Shown piece after piece: positions 58,051-64,000 of a DNA stretch of 64,000 nucleotides. Made by a program: the position numbers and the translations under genes. Below the pieces are notes generated by a model. That model was not told where the DNA came from and made no database searches. It worked only from the letters and a program-made list of their open reading frames with translations. The DNA is taken from the NCBI GenBank assembly GCA_964596735.1, contig CAZQVF010000003.1, positions 42,611 to 106,610 of the forward strand, in the 5' to 3' direction. Each line of letters opens with the position of its first letter. Positions within the stretch are counted from its first letter, which is position 1. This DNA comes from an uncultured Gammaproteobacteria bacterium. Lineage in GTDB: Bacteria > Patescibacteriota > Patescibacteriia > UBA2591 > UBA6264.

Positions 58051-58170
58051 ATGAAAAAGATGAGACTACTGGCAGCCACGATCCCTCGCGGCAGCCCCAT
58101 GAACAATAACGATTCGTCTTATAATGAGAAGCCCGTCACCGGTTCGGTCTTGGTCAACAGTAAACAATAA
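58051..58170 (+). CDS. Small peptide gene 3, 39 aa: MKKMRLLAATIPRGSPMNNNDSSYNEKPVTGSVLVNSKQ.
   Basis: Paralogue of gene 2. Its upstream leader is conserved in nucleotides but out of frame, so it is treated as UTR. Confidence 0.4.
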   Translation: MKKMRLLAATIPRGSPMNNNDSSYNEKPVTGSVLVNSKQ

Positions 58171-58220
58171 CTCGGTGTGAAGCTCTATTGATTACGTGAT
58201 GATCAAGGTTGTATTAAACA

Positions 58221-58256
58221 GGGGCCCCAAAAGGAGGGGCCCCACATCTTTTCTCT
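58221..58256 (+). terminator. Intrinsic terminator ggggcccc-aaaagga-ggggcccc plus a T-rich tail.
   Basis: An 8-bp all-GC stem. Confidence 0.55.
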
Positions 58257-58293
58257 TGTATTTTTTCTAATTTTATTGTATAATAAAAAAAAT

Positions 58294-58368
58294 CGCGGGG
58301 TAGAGCAATGGCAGCTCGCCAGGCCCATAACCTGGAGGTTGTAGGTTCGAATCCTACCCCCGCAACCA
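58294..58368 (+). tRNA. Initiator tRNA-fMet(CAU).
   Basis: C1xA72 mismatch, A11:U24, anticodon loop CCCATAA and T-arm GTAGG-TTCGAAT-CCTAC. CCA is encoded. Confidence 0.75.
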
Positions 58369-58369
58369 T

Positions 58370-58441
58370 GGCAGGATAGCTCAGTGGTAGAGCAGTGGAC
58401 TCATAAGCCACGTGTCGCGGGTTCAATTCCCGCTCCTGCTA
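58370..58441 (+). tRNA. tRNA with CAU anticodon (elongator Met or Ile2/lysidine).
   Basis: Begins 1 nt after the previous tRNA. Anticodon loop CTCATAA and T-arm GCGGG-TTCAATT-CCCGC. Confidence 0.7.
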
Positions 58442-58450
58442 TTTATAAGA

Positions 58451-58480
58451 CAAAAACTAGATGATAACCATCTAGTTTTG
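58451..58480. terminator. Bidirectional hairpin caaaaactagatg-ataac-catctagttttg.
   Basis: About a 12-bp stem between the tRNA pair (+) and porB (-). Confidence 0.5.
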
Positions 58481-58501
58481 TTGTTATATATATTTATTAT
58501 T

Positions 58502-59425
58502 TTAACTTCTCTCTTCTCTTTTTACCAAATCATTCCAACGTCTATCAACTTCTGATTGCAAACTATCTAGAATATTTTTATTTTTTGTTTTTAATAAATG
58601 CCTAAACCTACCTTGGCTCTTTATAAATTCCTTGATTGGCAATTTCTTTGAAGGTTTATAATTCAATTTGTATTTTCCGTCTTCTATTTCATACAAAGGC
58701 CAAAAACAGGTTTCTGTTGCTAATTCAGCTATTTCAATAGTTAAAGAGGAATCATATTTCCAACCAACTACACAAGGAGATAAAACGTTTAAAAAGGTTG
58801 GTCCATTGGTCTCTATGGCCTTTTTTGTTTTTTGGTGTAAATCTACCCAATTGTGAACCCCGGCTTGGGCTAAATAAGGTAATTCGTGAGCTTCGGCAAT
58901 TTTCATAATATTCTTTCTTGATTTTAGTTTCCCTTTATAAACCTTTCCCAAAGGCGTAGTGGTTGTTAAGGCCCCCAAGGGAGTAGCTGAAGAACGTTGA
59001 TTTCCAGTGTTTTGATAGGCCTCATTGTCATAACAGACATATAAAAAATTATCTCTTCTTTCCCATGAGCCTGACAGAGACTGCAAACCAATGTCATAGG
59101 TTGAACCATCTCCTCCAAAAACAATAAATTTAATATCCTCTTTAATCTTCTTTTTCCTTTTTAATTGTTCATAAACAGCAATAACCCCACTCATGGTTGG
59201 CGGAGCATTTTCAAAGAGACTATGAATCCAAGGTACCTTCCATGAACTTTGAGGATAAAGCGTAGTTGTTACCTCTAAACAACTAGTGGCATTGGCAATA
59301 ACAACCGGTTTGTCTGTAGCCCTTAAGACAGAACGAACAATGATGGGCATGGCACACCCCTGACAACTGCGATGACCCGGAGCTAAACGTTCTGGTTTTT
59401 TTAATAATTGTCTAAGTGTTTCCAT
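58502..59425 (-). CDS. porB: 2-oxoacid:ferredoxin oxidoreductase beta subunit (TPP-binding, PorB-like).
   Basis: PGHRSCQGCA N-terminus and the TPP motif FGGDGSTYDIG. Confidence 0.75.
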   Translation of the reverse strand: METLRQLLKKPERLAPGHRSCQGCAMPIIVRSVLRATDKPVVIANATSCLEVTTTLYPQSSWKVPWIHSLFENAPPTMSGVIAVYEQLKRKKKIKEDIKFIVFGGDGSTYDIGLQSLSGSWERRDNFLYVCYDNEAYQNTGNQRSSATPLGALTTTTPLGKVYKGKLKSRKNIMKIAEAHELPYLAQAGVHNWVDLHQKTKKAIETNGPTFLNVLSPCVVGWKYDSSLTIEIAELATETCFWPLYEIEDGKYKLNYKPSKKLPIKEFIKSQGRFRHLLKTKNKNILDSLQSEVDRRWNDLVKREERS

Positions 59426-59945
59426 ATTTAAAATATTTTAAAATAAAATTAATTAAAACAATACTAATCAGGGCTGTTAAAATTCCCCCTAAAATGTCTG
59501 TTGGATAATGAACACCAGCAAAAACTCGAGCAAGTCCAACAATCAAAGCTGGGAATAATAAAATTATACCAAATTTTTTCCAATCAAGCAAAACCATAAA
59601 AGCAAAAACAAAAACTGTGGCTGTATGATAAGACGGAAAAGAAAAATCGGTTGGTTTAGCAAATAGCTTAGCTAACTGATAAATTTCATTATTATTAACA
59701 AAAGGCCTGGGCCGAGCAATAATTAAACTAATTAAATAGTTTAAGGCATAAACCAAGGCTAGGGCTAAAATAATTTTTAAAATAATTGATAATATTTTTT
59801 TTCTGTCTTTAGAAAAAAAGTAAACAAGGATAATAATTAAGGGAATAGCAAAAATTAAATATTCAGCACAAATAAGACCTAAAATGTCTAGCCATTCCCA
59901 TTGTCCAGCAAAACCATTAAACCATTTAATAAATACCTGATCCAT
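59412..59945 (-). CDS. PAP2-family phosphatase (undecaprenyl-diphosphatase-like).
   Basis: PSYHTATVF...GVHYPTDILGG acid-phosphatase motifs; 5 TM segments. Confidence 0.7.
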   Translation of the reverse strand: MDQVFIKWFNGFAGQWEWLDILGLICAEYLIFAIPLIIILVYFFSKDRKKILSIILKIILALALVYALNYLISLIIARPRPFVNNNEIYQLAKLFAKPTDFSFPSYHTATVFVFAFMVLLDWKKFGIILLFPALIVGLARVFAGVHYPTDILGGILTALISIVLINFILKYFKYGNT

Positions 59946-60361
59946 TATTCTCCTATTATTTTAATTGTTATTTTCCTTTGCCGGGGCCGATTATCAAAAT
60001 CACAAACCACAATTTGTTGCCAGGTGCCCAAAACCAATTTATTACTATCAATGGATAAAGAAATTGAGGGGCCAATTAAACTAGCCCTAATATGAGAAAA
60101 TCCATTGTCATCTCCCCAAGTAGCATCATGGTGATATTTTTTATCTTGAGGAATTAGTTTTTCAATAAATTCTTGCCAATCTTTAATTAAATTTGGCTCA
60201 TATTCAATGGCCGTAATTCCCGCCGTTGAACCCTGAACAAAAACCAAACAAATTCCCTGTTTTATCTTTGCCTTATTCAGAGCCTTCTCTATCTGATCAG
60301 TAATATTAATGACATCATTAAATCCCTTGGTTGATAAATTGAACTCGCTTTGATAAATCAT
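59945..60361 (-). CDS. YjbQ/UPF0047 family protein.
   Basis: 138 aa with ...GSTAGITAIEYEP...HIRASLIGPS... Confidence 0.6.
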   Translation of the reverse strand: MIYQSEFNLSTKGFNDVINITDQIEKALNKAKIKQGICLVFVQGSTAGITAIEYEPNLIKDWQEFIEKLIPQDKKYHHDATWGDDNGFSHIRASLIGPSISLSIDSNKLVLGTWQQIVVCDFDNRPRQRKITIKIIGE

Positions 60362-60375
60362 TGTTATTTTTTAAT

Positions 60376-60789
60376 TTATTCTTTTCCTATACTCTCCTCC
60401 TTAGAAAAAAATTGATCCCACCAAGCTTTAAAATTAGAAATCTTTTTACCAAAATACTTTAAATCTGATTCTTTTTCTTGCTCCAGATTATCAGAAGGAA
60501 CAATAACAATCATTCTTTCGCCTGGTTTACGCAAACCCATTTTTTCCCGGGCTGCCTTTTCTTTGAAAAAATCTGTTTGTATTTTTTCTAATTCATTTAA
60601 AAGTCTTTGGTTTTCTGTTTCTAGAGTAATAGCTTGATTTTGTAGGTGGGCTAATTCCCCCCTTAAATGAATTTGACGATTAATTTCCCGGCCCAAAGAC
60701 ACAAGAGTAAAAAGTAAAAGTAGGGCCAATAAATATGATAAAGGCTTGGATGAAAGAATTTTTTTAAAAATTGAATTTTTTTTAATCAT
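60376..60789 (-). CDS. Septum formation initiator (FtsB/DivIC-like).
   Basis: N-terminal TM helix plus the coiled coil LAHLQNQAITLETENQRLLNELEKIQTD. Confidence 0.5.
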   Translation of the reverse strand: MIKKNSIFKKILSSKPLSYLLALLLLFTLVSLGREINRQIHLRGELAHLQNQAITLETENQRLLNELEKIQTDFFKEKAAREKMGLRKPGERMIVIVPSDNLEQEKESDLKYFGKKISNFKAWWDQFFSKEESIGKE

Positions 60790-60790
60790 T

Positions 60791-62617
60791 TTATCTTTTC
60801 ATAATAGCTAAATAAGCTTCGGACGGAATATTAACCTTGCCCAACTTCATCATTTTTTTCTTTCCCTTTTTTTGTTTTTCTAAAAGTTTTCTTTTTCTTG
60901 TCACATCACCTCCATATAACTTTGCCGTCACGTCTTTTCTCATCGGAGCGACTCTTTCTGCGGCAATAATTTTTCCACCAATAGCTGCCTGAACTTTTAC
61001 TTCAAACATCTGACGTGGTAAAATATGTTTTAAGGCTTGAACAATCTTTCTTCCTGACGGATAAGACCAATCTTTGTAAACCAAAGTGGCTAATTGTTCA
61101 ACTTTCTCGCCAGCAACTAAAATATCTAATTTAACTATCTCTGCTGGATAATATTTCAAAAATTGATAGCTATATGAGGCATATCCTCGACTAACGCTTT
61201 TTAGTTTATCATAAAAATCAACCAAAAGCAAAGCAAGTGGTATTTCACAATGAATAATTACTCTAGTTTGTGAATTTGAAGTTTCTTCTCCCATATATTC
61301 TAAAGAAACAAAATTAGTCCTTGGTTTAGCCCCTTGTGGAGCAGCATTTAACAAGTCCATCACTGCTCCTAAGTATTCTTGAGGAGTAATAATGTCTAAT
61401 TTCATTAAAGGTTCTTCAACTCTAGTTATTTGGCTAGGGTCTGGAAATTCGCTTGGTGAGTGAATAATTTTTACTTCTTTCTCCCCCTTTGTCCAGATCT
61501 GGTGAGCGACACTAGGTGAAGTAATAACCAAATCTAAATCATATTCTCTTTTTAATCTTTCTTGAACAATATCTAAATGTAAAAGGCCTAAAAACCCAGC
61601 GCGAAAACCAAAGCCTAAAGCCATAGAATGTTCTGGCTCAAAAACTAAACTGGCGTCATTTAGCTTTAACTTGATCAAAGCTTGGCGTAATTTTTGTGGC
61701 TGTCCTCCTTGTTTTAAATAAAGATCAGCAAAAACCATTGACTGTGGTTCTTGATAACCAGGTAAATGTTTAACCTCTTGACCAACTAATGCAATAGTGT
61801 CACCGACTCGACATTTTTCAATATCTTTTAAACCAGTAATGATATAGCCTATTTGTCCAACGTTTAAATTTTTTTGTTCTTTAAAATCTGGATTAAAAAT
61901 GCCTACCTCTAAAACTGATGTTTCTATATTGGTGGCCAAGAAATTAATTTTCTGACCCGCTTTTAATGAACCATTAAAAATGCGAACAAAAGCAATCACT
62001 CCTTTGTAGTCATCAAAACATGAATCAAAAACCAATGCTTGTAATGGTTGGTTAGAATCGTTCTTGGGAGCAGGAATTTTCTCAATAATGGCTGGTAAAA
62101 TTGTTTCTACATTAGTTCCTCTTTTTGCTGAAACACAAATAATTTCCTCTGATTTAACTTTTAATAAATTAATCATTTCTTTTTTAACGTTTTCTAAATC
62201 AATGCCTGACAAATCAATCTTATTAATCACGGGAATAATCTCTAGTCCTTGTTCTTGTGCTAAATAAAGGTTGGCCAATGTTTGGGCTTGAATGCCTTGA
62301 CTGGCATCAACTAAAAGAAGAGCTCCTTCTACGGCGGCTAAAGAGCGGGAAACTTCATAGGAAAAATCAACATGACCTGGAGTGTCAATTAAATTTAAAA
62401 TATATTTCTGATCATTTAAAGTATAGTGCATGGTCACTGATTGGAGTTTAATGGTAATCCCCCTCTCTCTTTCTAATGGTAAACGATCAAGGTATTGTGG
62501 CTGCATTTTTTCTTTAGTAATAGTCTTGGTCAATTCTAAAAAACGATCAGCTAGGGTTGATTTCCCGTGATCAATGTGAGAAATAATGCAAAAATTTCTA
62601 ATATTTGAATTTGACAT
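60791..62617 (-). CDS. lepA: Elongation factor 4 (LepA).
   Basis: IRNFCIISHIDHGKSTLADRFLE G-domain and a LepA-specific C-terminal domain. Confidence 0.9.
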   Translation of the reverse strand: MSNSNIRNFCIISHIDHGKSTLADRFLELTKTITKEKMQPQYLDRLPLERERGITIKLQSVTMHYTLNDQKYILNLIDTPGHVDFSYEVSRSLAAVEGALLLVDASQGIQAQTLANLYLAQEQGLEIIPVINKIDLSGIDLENVKKEMINLLKVKSEEIICVSAKRGTNVETILPAIIEKIPAPKNDSNQPLQALVFDSCFDDYKGVIAFVRIFNGSLKAGQKINFLATNIETSVLEVGIFNPDFKEQKNLNVGQIGYIITGLKDIEKCRVGDTIALVGQEVKHLPGYQEPQSMVFADLYLKQGGQPQKLRQALIKLKLNDASLVFEPEHSMALGFGFRAGFLGLLHLDIVQERLKREYDLDLVITSPSVAHQIWTKGEKEVKIIHSPSEFPDPSQITRVEEPLMKLDIITPQEYLGAVMDLLNAAPQGAKPRTNFVSLEYMGEETSNSQTRVIIHCEIPLALLLVDFYDKLKSVSRGYASYSYQFLKYYPAEIVKLDILVAGEKVEQLATLVYKDWSYPSGRKIVQALKHILPRQMFEVKVQAAIGGKIIAAERVAPMRKDVTAKLYGGDVTRKRKLLEKQKKGKKKMMKLGKVNIPSEAYLAIMKR

Positions 62618-62726
62618 ATTTGTTTAAATGTTATGCTATTTTAATACTAATGTCAATTTTAAAAAGAACAGTCTTCTACGCTGTCCCCTGGTGTTGTTCG
62701 AATAAAAAATTTTAGACTAATCTTTT

Positions 62727-63977
62727 TTAATTTATCACTTTTTTAATAAATCGCAATACCTTTTTGTTTTTAACCCTTTTTATAACATATTGTGTAATAA
62801 CCTCTACCTCGTCAAATTTAAAAGCTAAAGTAGTAACAACATAGAAGAGTAGGCCACCTAAAACTGCGGTAAATGTTTGAATAAACACCCCGATAAAAGT
62901 TTGCATATTAACTAAGGGTCCGATTAAATATTTAATTCCCTGTATAATTACGGCCATAGCTATGGACAAACTAACAATCCTTAGAATAGAAAAAATGATT
63001 TCTTTACTCGGTAAAGGATATATTTTTTTATCAAAATAAATATAGAGCAGGCCAAAATTAACTATAGAAGCCAAAGAAAAAGCCAAAGCTAAGCCACTCA
63101 CACCAATTAAATTTCCTAGAATTAAACAACCAATAATATTAATTATAAAAGCAAAAACAGCGATTTTTACTGGTGTCTTTGTATTTTGAACAGCATAAAA
63201 AGCTCTGGCAAAAACTGGAATTAAACTTTGAGCAAAAAGAGAGATAGAAAACCAACCCAATGTCTGAGCAGTCAAAACAGTATCACGCCAGGAAAAAACC
63301 CCGGCTCCTAAAACTAAACGAACAATCTGAGCCCTAAGAGCAAGCAATAAAACAGTAGTGGGAACAATAAAATAAAGGATGCGGCGAACTGTCTTAGAAA
63401 AATATTGAACAAAAGATTTTTTATCCCCTTCGGCAAAATTTTGACTAAGTAAAGGAAAAATAGAGATGGCCAATGAAATACCAAAAATACTTACTGGAAA
63501 ATTAACCAAATTAAAAGCCAAATTATAGATGGCCACCGCCCCAATTGTAATTCCAGAGGCAATTAAAGTGGTGACGATGAAATTAAATTGAGAAATAGCC
63601 AATCCAAAACAACGAGGTAACATTAAAACACTGATTTTTTTAATTGCCGGATGTTTAAAATTGAAAATTGGCTGCCAACGGTAACCAGTTCTTTTTAAGG
63701 CAGGTAGCTGAATTAAAAAATGAAGTAAGGCCCCTAAGGCTACGCCCCATCCTAATCCAGCATAACTCAAACTGGTTTTCGGAACTAAAACTAAAATGCC
63801 AAAAATAATACCCAAGTTATACATAATCGGAGCCAGGCTATAAGCTAAAAATCTTCTAAAAGAATTTAAAACACTACCGGCCACATTACTTAAAGTAAAA
63901 AACAATGTACCTAAAAGCATAATCCTGGTCAAAGTGACAGTAAGTGCCTTTGTCTCCATATTAAATCCCGGGACCAT
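62727..63977 (-). CDS. MurJ/MviN-like lipid II flippase (MOP superfamily). The N-terminus may lie beyond the window edge.
   Basis: More than 12 TM segments and the MurJ-like pattern. The ORF is open up to near the window end. Confidence 0.45.
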   Translation of the reverse strand: MVPGFNMETKALTVTLTRIMLLGTLFFTLSNVAGSVLNSFRRFLAYSLAPIMYNLGIIFGILVLVPKTSLSYAGLGWGVALGALLHFLIQLPALKRTGYRWQPIFNFKHPAIKKISVLMLPRCFGLAISQFNFIVTTLIASGITIGAVAIYNLAFNLVNFPVSIFGISLAISIFPLLSQNFAEGDKKSFVQYFSKTVRRILYFIVPTTVLLLALRAQIVRLVLGAGVFSWRDTVLTAQTLGWFSISLFAQSLIPVFARAFYAVQNTKTPVKIAVFAFIINIIGCLILGNLIGVSGLALAFSLASIVNFGLLYIYFDKKIYPLPSKEIIFSILRIVSLSIAMAVIIQGIKYLIGPLVNMQTFIGVFIQTFTAVLGGLLFYVVTTLAFKFDEVEVITQYVIKRVKNKKVLRFIKKVIN

Positions 63978-64000
63978 GTAATTAACAATTATTGGTGCTA

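Noticed and set aside
58214-58426. 70-aa minus-strand ORF
   Set aside because: It lies antisense across the two CAU tRNA genes.
1-64000. CRISPR array, cas1/cas2, IS transposases
   Set aside because: No repeat-spacer array and no transposase-like ORF were seen. The Cas4-like nuclease is stand-alone.

Overview
This 64-kb window is AT-rich and gene-dense, with short intergenic spacers, many small ORFs, an ADP-forming acetyl-CoA synthetase, a PFOR beta subunit and Zn-ribbon TopA. This is consistent with a small-genome, low-GC bacterium such as Candidate Phyla Radiation/Patescibacteria, which is an inference from content only.

Housekeeping genes: pheS and pheT; an intein-containing uvrD/pcrA-like helicase; tatD; cdd; a CNNM/CorC transporter; the heat-shock locus CIRCE–hrcA–grpE–hsp20–dnaK; murG; dprA; topA; lepA; rpsI; and a Wzx/Wzy-type polysaccharide locus (39.8–46.8 kb).

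RNA genes: tRNA-Gln(UUG), tRNA-Leu(CAA), and a tandem initiator tRNA-fMet(CAU) plus tRNA-Met/Ile2(CAU).

Most notable features:
1. A complete diversity-generating retroelement at 1.0–3.8 kb. It has a target gene with a C-terminal variable repeat, a template repeat whose 13 of 14 mismatches to the variable repeat fall on template adenines, an Avd-like four-helix-bundle gene on the opposite strand, and a reverse transcriptase with the DGR IGNLTSQ motif.
2. A ~14.5-kb phage-derived or defence island (23.9–38.3 kb) ending in a large serine recombinase. It carries a nuclease-rich operon (Cas4-like, DUF559, PD-(D/E)xK-like, SEC-C protein). It also carries a restriction–modification pair whose methyltransferase is fused to an intact LexA/S24 autopeptidase module, a ParB–methyltransferase and terminase subunits.
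3. Three tandem small-peptide cassettes between tRNA genes (57.4–58.26 kb). Each has a consensus promoter, a strong ribosome-binding site and a GGGGCCCC-stem terminator.
4. A ~25–33-bp intergenic motif, TAAGAACCTGC-N3-11-GCAGAACCTTG, present three times and overlapping or following gene stop codons.
5. Two GC-rich structured intergenic islands that are candidate ncRNAs (18.3–18.5 kb and 52.9–53.2 kb). No conserved RNase P, SRP or tmRNA motifs could be recognised in them by eye.

No CRISPR array and no IS transposase were seen.
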